DNA of 64,000 nucleotides from Thermodesulfobacteriota bacterium. Lineage in GTDB: Bacteria > Desulfobacterota > QYQD01. The stretch spans positions 64,650-128,649 of the forward strand of contig JBFMAZ010000022.1 of assembly GCA_040755415.1 (NCBI GenBank), written 5' to 3'. The translations under genes were made by a program, and so were the position numbers. Numbering within the stretch: the first letter of the stretch is position 1; each line of letters opens with the position of its first letter. Below the pieces are notes generated by a model. The model was given only the letters and a program-made list of their open reading frames with translations. It made no database searches and was not told the origin of the DNA. Positions 9,316-17,404 of this stretch are shown here, one piece after another.

Positions 9316-10574
9316 AGATGGAGACACCCCAAAATTGGATTCCAACATTTTTTCGAGACATTGGCGTGTTTTATGGAGGTGGTACACCATCCACAGTGAA
9401 TTCGGAATACTGGAATGGACCAATCCAATGGACAACGAGTAAACGTCTTGGAGATGCCCCTTATCTTGATTGCGGAGAACGCACTATATCGGATCGTGCA
9501 CTCAGGGAGAGTTCAACAACACTGATTCCTGCAGGAAACTTATTGATAGGAACGAGGGTGGGTACTGGGAAAATTGTAGTTAATCGAATTGATATCGCAA
9601 TAAGCCAGGATTTAACAGGGGTAATAGTTGATAAGAGCAAATATCTTCCAGAATTTGTCGCATATCAAACACGCGCGCAGCGGCTTCAGGAGTGTTTTCA
9701 AAAACAAAAACGGGGAGTAACGATACAAGGAATTTCAAGAGATGATTTGAAAGAATTCATTCTTTACATACCACCGCTTCCCGAACAAAAAAAAATTGCT
9801 GCCTTACTCCTGAATATTCAAAAAGCGATCGAGATTCAGGAATCCATTATTGAGAAGACGCGGGAGCTGAAAAAATCCACCCTGCACCATGTCTTTACCC
9901 ACGGCCTGCGTGGAGAAAGATTGAAAGAGACGGAGGTGGGCCAGATACCGGAGAGTTGGGTTCTTAGTCGCATTAGTGATCTTGTAACAGAAACTACCCA
10001 GACAAATCCTTCAAAAACACCTGAACGAAAAATTAAGTATATTGATGTTTCTTCCATATCAAACACACGATATGTCATTGAAACATGGGTTAATCTTTTG
10101 GGAAAAGAAGCGCCAAGTAGGGCGAGAAAGGTTGTAAAAAAGGGGGATGTAATAGTCGCAACTGTTAGACCTACATTGAGGCGACTTGCCTTTATAACTC
10201 CAGATTTCAATAATGAAATATGTTCTACCGCCTTTTGCGTGTTGCGTTCCTGCCCTGATGTTCTCGATCAAAGATTTCTATTTTATACAATTCAGAGGAA
10301 TGAATTCTTTGCTGGACTCGAGAAATTACAACAGGGGGCAAGTTATCCAGCAGTTGCAGATAGTGATGTAAAAGATCAGTGGATACCATTGCCCCGTATC
10401 GCTGAGCAAAACGAAATTGCGAATTGCTTTCAAGTTATTGACAAGAAAATAGAACTTCACACTGCAAAGCGAGCCGCTCTGCAAGACCTATTCAAAACCA
10501 TGCTGAATAAGTTAATGACCGGCGAGATTCGGGTGAAGGATCTGGATATCGATGTGTCCGAGGTAAGCGCATGA
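9312..10574 (+). CDS. hsdS: Type I restriction-modification specificity subunit with two target-recognition domains
   Basis: 420 aa. Two TRD-like halves are separated by a central conserved helix, and there are N- and C-terminal conserved repeats. Its start overlaps the hsdM stop by 4 bp. Confidence 0.85.
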   Translation: MKMETPQNWIPTFFRDIGVFYGGGTPSTVNSEYWNGPIQWTTSKRLGDAPYLDCGERTISDRALRESSTTLIPAGNLLIGTRVGTGKIVVNRIDIAISQDLTGVIVDKSKYLPEFVAYQTRAQRLQECFQKQKRGVTIQGISRDDLKEFILYIPPLPEQKKIAALLLNIQKAIEIQESIIEKTRELKKSTLHHVFTHGLRGERLKETEVGQIPESWVLSRISDLVTETTQTNPSKTPERKIKYIDVSSISNTRYVIETWVNLLGKEAPSRARKVVKKGDVIVATVRPTLRRLAFITPDFNNEICSTAFCVLRSCPDVLDQRFLFYTIQRNEFFAGLEKLQQGASYPAVADSDVKDQWIPLPRIAEQNEIANCFQVIDKKIELHTAKRAALQDLFKTMLNKLMTGEIRVKDLDIDVSEVSA

Positions 10575-11569
10575 AAGAAGAACCCAGAAGTGAAATTGTC
10601 ATCTATCGTACCAAGGACGGCAAGACTGCCCTTGACGTCAACCTGAGCGGAGAGACCCTTTGGTTGAATCAAGGTCAGATGTCCATCCTTTTTGACAGGG
10701 ACCGGTCCGTCATCACAAAGCACTTGAGCAGTATATTCAAGAGCGGGGAATTGGATAAAAAAAGCAATGTGCAAAAAATGCACATTGCTGGTTCCGATAA
10801 ACCGGTAGTTTACTATAATCTGGATGTCATTATTTCACTTGGTTACCGCGTAAACTCAAAACGCGGCACGCAGTTCCGCATCTGGGCCACGCAGGTCCTC
10901 AAAGATCATATCCTGAAGGGCTATTCGCTCAATGAGAAGCGGCTAAAGGAACAGAATGCCCGCCTGCTTGAATTGCAGAAGACAGTCAGCCTGATGCAGC
11001 GGGTCATGGAAGGCCGGGAGCTGGCCCGCGATGAAGCCACGGGACTTCTCCAGGTGATCACAGATTACTCCTATGCCTTGTCGCTCCTGGACCAGTACGA
11101 TCATCGCCAGTTGAAAATCCGGCATACCACCGAAAAGACCCCTTTTGCCCTGACCTACGAAGCAGCGAGGAGAGCTATTGACAAACTCGGAGAACAATCG
11201 ATGAAAAAGGGGCGGCCCATTAAATTATTCGGAAGGGAAAAAGATCAATCGTTCAGGGGTTCTCTGAGCGCGATCTACCAGATGTTTGACGGAAAAGAGG
11301 TCTATCCCAGCATCGAAGAAAAGGCCGCTCACCTTCTCTATTTCGTGGTCAAGAATCATTCTTTTATTGACGGAAACAAGCGCATCGGGGCATTCCTGTT
11401 CATCTGGTTTCTGGATGCCAGCGGAATTCTTTACGCCGGTGACGGCCGCAAGCGGATAGGCAACAATACCCTCGTCGCTCTGACCCTTATGATTGCGGAG
11501 AGCCGGCCCGAAGACAAGGACATCATCGTCAAGGTCATAGTGAACCTGATCAACAGGGACAATATATGA
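10571..11569 (+). CDS. RhuM family virulence protein / Fic-DOC (death-on-curing) fold protein embedded in the type I RM operon
   Basis: 332 aa. The N-terminus IVIYRTKDGKTALDVNLSGETLWLNQGQMSILFDRD...YNLDVIISLGYRVNSKRGTQFRIWATQVL is typical of RhuM (PF13310). The C-terminus carries the Doc-type motif HSFIDGNKRIGA (HxFxDGNKR). It is translationally coupled between hsdS and hsdR. Confidence 0.8.
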   Translation: MKEEPRSEIVIYRTKDGKTALDVNLSGETLWLNQGQMSILFDRDRSVITKHLSSIFKSGELDKKSNVQKMHIAGSDKPVVYYNLDVIISLGYRVNSKRGTQFRIWATQVLKDHILKGYSLNEKRLKEQNARLLELQKTVSLMQRVMEGRELARDEATGLLQVITDYSYALSLLDQYDHRQLKIRHTTEKTPFALTYEAARRAIDKLGEQSMKKGRPIKLFGREKDQSFRGSLSAIYQMFDGKEVYPSIEEKAAHLLYFVVKNHSFIDGNKRIGAFLFIWFLDASGILYAGDGRKRIGNNTLVALTLMIAESRPEDKDIIVKVIVNLINRDNI

Positions 11570-11582
11570 GAAGGGCGAAATC

Positions 11583-14498
11583 ATGACGCCGACTTTAGGC
11601 ACAGAAAAACCGACCGTGCAGGACCCGATCGTTAAGTATGCGGAAGAAATCGGCTGGGAAGTCGTCCCTCAGGAGGAGGCCCTTTCCCTTAGAAAAGGGG
11701 AAAGCGGGCCTCTGTTCTACCGGGTTCTCGAAGAAAAGCTGATAGAACTAAACCCGGGTTTGATAAGCCGGGAGAATGTGGATGACATCGTTCACCGTAT
11801 GGAAGCGGTACGGAACAACATCGAAGGGAATGCGGAAATCCTGTCCTGGCTCCGGGGTGAGCAGGCCATTTACGATGAAAACGAAAAGCGGCGGCGCAAC
11901 GTGACGGTGGTTGATTTTGCCCGCGCCGGGCGCAACCTGTTTCAGGTGACCTCCGAGTGGCAGTACACAAACGGCCGTGAGACAAACCGCGCGGACATCA
12001 TGTTTCTCATCAACGGGATTCCCGTTGCCATCGTGGAGACCAAGAGTGCGAAAAAGGCCAATGGCATGGAAGAGGCGCTCATCCAAATCCGGCGGTATCA
12101 CCGGGAGACCCCGGAAATGCTGACGGCGCCGCAGGTCTTTGATATGACCCATCTGGTTGATTTTTTCTACGGCCCCACCTGGAATCTGAACCGGAAAAAC
12201 ATCTTCAACTGGAAGGATGAGGAAAAGGGAAACTTCGAAAAGAAGGTAAAGCGATTTTTTGACCGGGGGCATTTCCTCAAGATGCTGGGGGAATGGATCC
12301 TGTTCTACGTCAAGGATGATGAACTCCAGAAAACGATCCTGCGCCAGCATCAGACCAGGGCTATCGAGAAAATCGTTCAGCGGTGCGCCGATGAAAAGAA
12401 AAAAACCGGCCTGATATGGCATACCCAGGGATCGGGAAAAACCTTCACGATGATCACGGCGGCACGGCAGATTCTTGAGAAAAAGGATGTCTTCGGGAAG
12501 GCGACGGTTATCCTGATGATCGACCGCAATGAGCTGGAGGGCCAGCTTTCCGGCTGGGTGGAGCGGATTCTCGGCGAGATGCAATCCCATGATATCAGCA
12601 TTGAACAGGCTTACAGCAAGGTTCGCCTGCGGCAACTCCTCAAGGCGGACTTTAGAGGGCTGATTATTTCGATGATCCACAAGTTTGAAGGCATTCCCAA
12701 GAACATCTGCACCCGCCCCAACGTCATCGTCATGCTGGATGAGGCGCACCGGTCTGTCGGGGGAGACCTGGGCAACTACCTGGTCGCCGCCCTGCCGCAG
12801 GCAACGCTGATAGGGTTTACAGGCACGCCGATTGACAAAACGGCCTATGGCAAGGGAACCTTCAAAATCTTCGGGAAAGAGGATGATAAAGGTTATCTGG
12901 ACAAATATTCCGTTGCGGAATCCATCGAAGACGGCACGACGCTCCCCCTCAATTATATGTTGACCCCCAATGAAATTCGTGTACCCGGAGAAGAACTGGA
13001 AAGGGAGTTTCTCGACCTTGTTGAGGCGGAAGGGGTCAGCGATGTCGATGAATTGAATAAGATCCTCGACCGGGCGGTGAAACTCAAGACCTTTCTCAAG
13101 TCGCCGGACCGTGTGGAGAAGGTGGCGGCCTTCATTGCCGGGCACTTCTGTGAGAATGTTGAGCCCCTTGGTTATAAGGCCTTTGTGGTTGGTGTGGATC
13201 GGGAGGCCTGCGCCCTTTACAAGGAAGCCCTCGACAAGCTCCTGACGCCGGAATATTCGAGAGCGATTTATACCGCCGCCCACAATGACAGTGAAAAATA
13301 TCCCCTCGTTTACAAACACCAGCAGACAGCGGAAGAGGAGAAGAAAGCCCGGAAGCTTTTCCCGAAGCCGGATGCCCTGCCAAAGATCTTCATCGTAACG
13401 GACAAGCTGCTCACCGGTTTTGATGCCCCTATTCTTTATTGCATGTATCTGGATAAACCGATGCGCGACCATGTCCTTCTTCAGGCCATCGCGCGCGTCA
13501 ACCGGCCCTACGAGGAAGAAGGAGACATCAAGAAACCCTGCGGTCTGGTGGTTGATTTCGTGGGAATCTTCGAGAAACTGGGAAAGGCCCTGGCCTTTGA
13601 TTCCGACGTCGTCAGCGGAGTGATCAACAACCTCGATGTCCTGCTCGCGCGCTTTATCGAATTGATGAAGGGACAGGCCCGGCCGTACCTCGATCTGACC
13701 CGCGGCAAGGTAGATGATAAGATGGTCGAAAGGGCAATAGATGCCTTCGTTGATCAGGGCAAGAGAGAGGAATTTTATAAGTTATTTAAAGAGATGGAAA
13801 CGCTTTACGAGATATTATCTCCTTCCCCCGCCCTTAGGGATTATATCGAAGACTTCGGCCTGCTTTCAATACTCTACCAGGTTGTCCGCAACGCCTTCAG
13901 GAAAAAAACGGGGTTCTATGGCGACATCGCAAAAAAAACAGAACAACTGGTCAGGGAAAAGGTCACAACCTTCGGTCTGGAGACCACGACGCCGGCAGTC
14001 AAGATCGATGAAATGACCTTGAAGGCTATGAAAGACAGCAAAACATCGACCAATATAAAAGTCATCAATCTCATCAATAGTATCATCAAAACGACAACGG
14101 ATGAAGGCGAAGAGAGTCCATATCTGAAACCCATCGGGGAAAGGGCGGAGGCCATTCAGGAGGCTTTCGATAACCGGCAGGTAACGGCGCTCGATGCGCT
14201 CAGAAAAATAGAGGCGCTGATCAATGAGGTTCTCGAAGCCAGGAGACAGCAGGAAGAGACAGGTTTCGACATAAATACTTTCACGATTTACTGGCTGCTC
14301 AAACAGGAAAACGTGAAGTGGTTTGAAAATCTTGCTCCGATTGTCAATAACGTATTTCTCCGTTTCCCGAATTTCAAGGACAACATTGCAGAACTGAGAC
14401 AGCTTAAGGCGGAACTTTACAAGTTGATGCTGCCTGTCGTCGGCAAGGATGCAATGCTGGGCATCGTTGAGAAGCTCTTGAGGCTGGAACGCAAATGA
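11583..14498 (+). CDS. hsdR: Type I restriction enzyme R subunit (helicase-nuclease)
   Basis: 971 aa. The N-terminal nuclease region is present. Walker A is TQGSGKTFT. The DEAH box is IVMLDEAHRS. The helicase C-terminal domain and HsdR C-terminal helical region are present. Confidence 0.92.
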   Translation: MTPTLGTEKPTVQDPIVKYAEEIGWEVVPQEEALSLRKGESGPLFYRVLEEKLIELNPGLISRENVDDIVHRMEAVRNNIEGNAEILSWLRGEQAIYDENEKRRRNVTVVDFARAGRNLFQVTSEWQYTNGRETNRADIMFLINGIPVAIVETKSAKKANGMEEALIQIRRYHRETPEMLTAPQVFDMTHLVDFFYGPTWNLNRKNIFNWKDEEKGNFEKKVKRFFDRGHFLKMLGEWILFYVKDDELQKTILRQHQTRAIEKIVQRCADEKKKTGLIWHTQGSGKTFTMITAARQILEKKDVFGKATVILMIDRNELEGQLSGWVERILGEMQSHDISIEQAYSKVRLRQLLKADFRGLIISMIHKFEGIPKNICTRPNVIVMLDEAHRSVGGDLGNYLVAALPQATLIGFTGTPIDKTAYGKGTFKIFGKEDDKGYLDKYSVAESIEDGTTLPLNYMLTPNEIRVPGEELEREFLDLVEAEGVSDVDELNKILDRAVKLKTFLKSPDRVEKVAAFIAGHFCENVEPLGYKAFVVGVDREACALYKEALDKLLTPEYSRAIYTAAHNDSEKYPLVYKHQQTAEEEKKARKLFPKPDALPKIFIVTDKLLTGFDAPILYCMYLDKPMRDHVLLQAIARVNRPYEEEGDIKKPCGLVVDFVGIFEKLGKALAFDSDVVSGVINNLDVLLARFIELMKGQARPYLDLTRGKVDDKMVERAIDAFVDQGKREEFYKLFKEMETLYEILSPSPALRDYIEDFGLLSILYQVVRNAFRKKTGFYGDIAKKTEQLVREKVTTFGLETTTPAVKIDEMTLKAMKDSKTSTNIKVINLINSIIKTTTDEGEESPYLKPIGERAEAIQEAFDNRQVTALDALRKIEALINEVLEARRQQEETGFDINTFTIYWLLKQENVKWFENLAPIVNNVFLRFPNFKDNIAELRQLKAELYKLMLPVVGKDAMLGIVEKLLRLERK

Positions 14499-14839
14499 TT
14501 CAACCATCCAATAACAAAGGAACGGGCTTGTCTGCGAAAGAGCAGCTTAAATCCGAAATTGTCCGCTGGGCCGCCGTCATGAAGGTGAACCCCGTGCAGA
14601 TTCGAGTCCAAAGGATGACTAAAAAGTGGGCGTCATGCTCAGCCAAGGGAAGGGTCTGTTTCAGCGCCGACCTTCTTCATGAGCCGAGAACTTTTCAGGA
14701 ATATGTCATCGTCCACGAACTCCTCCACCTCCAGGTTCCCAATCACGGCAAACTCTTCAAGAGCCTGCTGAACGCCTACTTGCCGGGCTGGGAAACTATA
14801 TTGGCGGAACGAAACGGGTGTGCGACAAGGAGCTTATGA
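14495..14839 (+). CDS. YgjP-like/M48-family zinc metallopeptidase (DUF45), short form
   Basis: 114 aa. It contains KKWASCSAKGRVCF and the HExxH-type motif VIVHELLHLQVPNHG, matching the C-terminal half of YgjP/DUF45 proteins. These are commonly linked to hsdR. Its start overlaps the hsdR stop. Confidence 0.75.
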   Translation: MIQPSNNKGTGLSAKEQLKSEIVRWAAVMKVNPVQIRVQRMTKKWASCSAKGRVCFSADLLHEPRTFQEYVIVHELLHLQVPNHGKLFKSLLNAYLPGWETILAERNGCATRSL

Positions 14840-14964
14840 ATCCAAGTAATTCTTTGGACATAATGCGATTTCTTCGAAACGGTAAAAATGAATGATTACA
14901 ACGTCGGAGGAGTCTGGGCCGGAAGAAATAGAAACTGACTTGAAGGAGATAAAAAGGCATAATC

Positions 14965-16194
14965 ATGAAGCTTCTGCACACATCAGACTGGCACATTGGC
15001 CGTGCCCTTTACGGCCGCAAGAGATACGAGGAACTCGAAGCGTTTCTTAACTGGCTGGCCGGACTTATGGAGGACGAAAACATAGATGTGCTGCTTGTGG
15101 CTGGAGACGTTTTTGACAACAGCACGCCCAGTAACCATGCACAGGAGATATATTACCGTTTCTTGTACCGTGTGGCGGCCGCTCCAAGCCGTCATGTGGT
15201 GGTCACGGCAGGAAATCATGATTCGCCGTCTTTTTTAAATGCCCCCAGGGAACTACTGCAATTTCTGAACATCCATGTCGTGGGTTGCGCATCCGATTCT
15301 CCTGCAGATGAACTGATCGTGATTGCCGGACCGGATGATGATCCCCGGCTCATTGTCTGCGCCATCCCGTATCTCAGAGACCGCGATATCCGCACCGCCG
15401 AGGCCGGTGAGAGCCTTGAGGAAAAGGAGAGGAAAATCATAGAAGGGATCAGGGCTCATTACCGGATGGTGTATGAGGCGGCCGAGCAGAAACGCTCCAC
15501 GCTGAAAAAGCCCGTTCCGATTGTCGCCATGGGACATCTGTTCACCGCAGGCGGCCAGACCATTGAGGGCGATGGGGTGCGCGAACTGTATATCGGCTCC
15601 CTTTTAAAGGTCGGAACAGATGTGTTTCCCGAACATATCGATTACCTTGCCTTGGGGCATCTTCATATTCCTCAAACAGTGGGCGGTTCAGATTTCATAC
15701 GCTATTCAGGTTCACCTCTGCCCATCGGCTTCGGGGAAGCTGAACAGGAAAAGAGCGTAGTCCTCGTGGACTTTTCGGGTAATGCGCCCAATGTCGCAAC
15801 TATTCCAGTACCCAGGTTCCAGGAACTGAAGACACTGCAAGGGGATTGGCCAGCCATCGCTCGCGCTATCGAAGAACTAAAATCCGGTGGGTGCAACACT
15901 TGGCTGGAAATAGTATATGAAGGAGATGAGATAGCCGGCAGCCTCCGCGAGCGCCTGGATGAGGCAATCGAAGGGACCGGCATAGAGATCCTCCGCGTCA
16001 AGAACAACCGGGTGCTGGAACGCGCCATGAGCGGAATGGATGTGGATGAAACACTCGACGATCTGGATGCAACAGACGTGTTCAAACGCTGCCTTGAATC
16101 GCACGAAGTCCCGGAGGAACAGCGTCAGGAGCTTTTGAGCGCATATCAGGAAATCATCGCCTCTTTGCATGACGAAGACGCTTTAGCCGAATAG
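14965..16194 (+). CDS. sbcD: Nuclease SbcCD subunit D (Mre11-family phosphoesterase)
   Basis: 409 aa. Metallophosphatase motifs are present: MKLLHTSDWHIG, VAGDVFD, GNHD and GHLH. Confidence 0.9.
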   Translation: MKLLHTSDWHIGRALYGRKRYEELEAFLNWLAGLMEDENIDVLLVAGDVFDNSTPSNHAQEIYYRFLYRVAAAPSRHVVVTAGNHDSPSFLNAPRELLQFLNIHVVGCASDSPADELIVIAGPDDDPRLIVCAIPYLRDRDIRTAEAGESLEEKERKIIEGIRAHYRMVYEAAEQKRSTLKKPVPIVAMGHLFTAGGQTIEGDGVRELYIGSLLKVGTDVFPEHIDYLALGHLHIPQTVGGSDFIRYSGSPLPIGFGEAEQEKSVVLVDFSGNAPNVATIPVPRFQELKTLQGDWPAIARAIEELKSGGCNTWLEIVYEGDEIAGSLRERLDEAIEGTGIEILRVKNNRVLERAMSGMDVDETLDDLDATDVFKRCLESHEVPEEQRQELLSAYQEIIASLHDEDALAE

Positions 16195-16205
16195 GAGAAC
16201 ATGGC

Positions 16206-17207
16206 ATGAAGATACTTGGTGTCCGGTTCAAAAACCTGAACTCACTCACGGGCGAATGGCAGGTTGATTTCACCCACCCGGATTATTCGTCTGACGGTAT
16301 ATTTGCCATCACAGGCCCTACAGGCTCAGGAAAGACGACCATCCTAGACGCCATCTGCCTCGGGATTTACGGCCGGACGCCCCGCCTGGACAAGGTTACG
16401 AAAAGCAGCAACGAGATCATGTCGCGTCAAACGGGTGAATGCTTTGCCGAGGTGACATTCCAGACGCAGAAGGGCCGTTATCGTTGCCACTGGAGCCAGC
16501 ACCGCGCCCGGAAACAGCCTGAGGGTGAGCTTCAGCAGGCCAGGCATGAAATAGCCGATGCCGATTCCGGGGCCGTCCTGGAATCAAAAATAAACCAGGT
16601 AGGTGAATTTATCGAGAAGGCCACGGGCATGGACTACAAGCGCTTCACCCGTTCAATGCTGCTGGCCCAGGGGGGATTCGCGGCCTTTCTCCAGGCCCCT
16701 CCCGACGAGCGGGCGCCCATCCTGGAGCAGATCACCGGGACCGAAATCTATAGCCGGATATCCATGAAAGTTCATCAACGCCGTACGGAAGAACACAACA
16801 AGCTTGAGATATTGCAGGCCGAACTGAAAGAAATCCAGGTTTTAAACGAAGATGAAGAAAGGGAACTGCAATCCGGCCTGAAAGAAAAGCAAGGCCAGGA
16901 GACGGAACTTGCCGGAAAAGTGAGTGAAATGCGCAAGGCCCTGACCTGGATCGAGGGGATGGTTGCCCTGGAGAAAGAACTAGGCGAACTGGACAAGAAA
17001 CAGCAGGATTTCGAGAAGCGCCGGCAGGCGTTTGAGCCGGAATCAAAAAAGCTGGAAAAATCCGGCAAGGCCCTCAGTCTTGAAGGCGATTACAGCAGGG
17101 TAGATGCTTTGCGCGTACAGCACAGGACAATGAGACAAAGGAGCTTAATGGCGCAATCGCGATTCTGCCTGAAAAGGATAAGGCCTGTGCAGATGCGCAT
17201 ACCGTAA
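16206..17207 (+). CDS. sbcC: Nuclease SbcCD subunit C, N-terminal segment; the gene appears frameshifted (see pseudogene feature)
   Basis: The Rad50-like ATPase head carries Walker A GPTGSGKTT and the Q-loop region. The last 30-40 aa of this ORF look out of frame. Confidence 0.75.
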   Translation: MKILGVRFKNLNSLTGEWQVDFTHPDYSSDGIFAITGPTGSGKTTILDAICLGIYGRTPRLDKVTKSSNEIMSRQTGECFAEVTFQTQKGRYRCHWSQHRARKQPEGELQQARHEIADADSGAVLESKINQVGEFIEKATGMDYKRFTRSMLLAQGGFAAFLQAPPDERAPILEQITGTEIYSRISMKVHQRRTEEHNKLEILQAELKEIQVLNEDEERELQSGLKEKQGQETELAGKVSEMRKALTWIEGMVALEKELGELDKKQQDFEKRRQAFEPESKKLEKSGKALSLEGDYSRVDALRVQHRTMRQRSLMAQSRFCLKRIRPVQMRIP

Positions 17208-17404
17208 GGCAGGCCGCAGAGGCCCGGCTGAATGAGGCACGAACCAGGCAGAGGTCGGAAGGGGATGTCATCAAAAAGGTACGCAACCTTGATGCCAGGC
17301 TGAGTGAGCAGAAAAAACAGGTTGAAGAGAAAAACAAGGCAATCGGAGAAATCGAAAAACAGGGGGAAGGCTACAGAAGCCTTGTCAAAAGCGGTGAACA
17401 GGAG

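Noticed and set aside
11748-13472. A 574-aa ORF on the minus strand opposite hsdR. Many other long antisense ORFs of the same kind exist, e.g. 963-2402 opposite the UPF0182 gene, 17090-19023 opposite sbcC, 24684-25391 opposite glgC3 and 54147-55091 opposite fdhA.
   Set aside because: Each lies fully inside, and antisense to, a gene with strong conserved-domain evidence. Their translations are low-complexity, rich in R, P, G or S, and have no recognisable motifs. They are shadow ORFs from GC-rich coding sequence.
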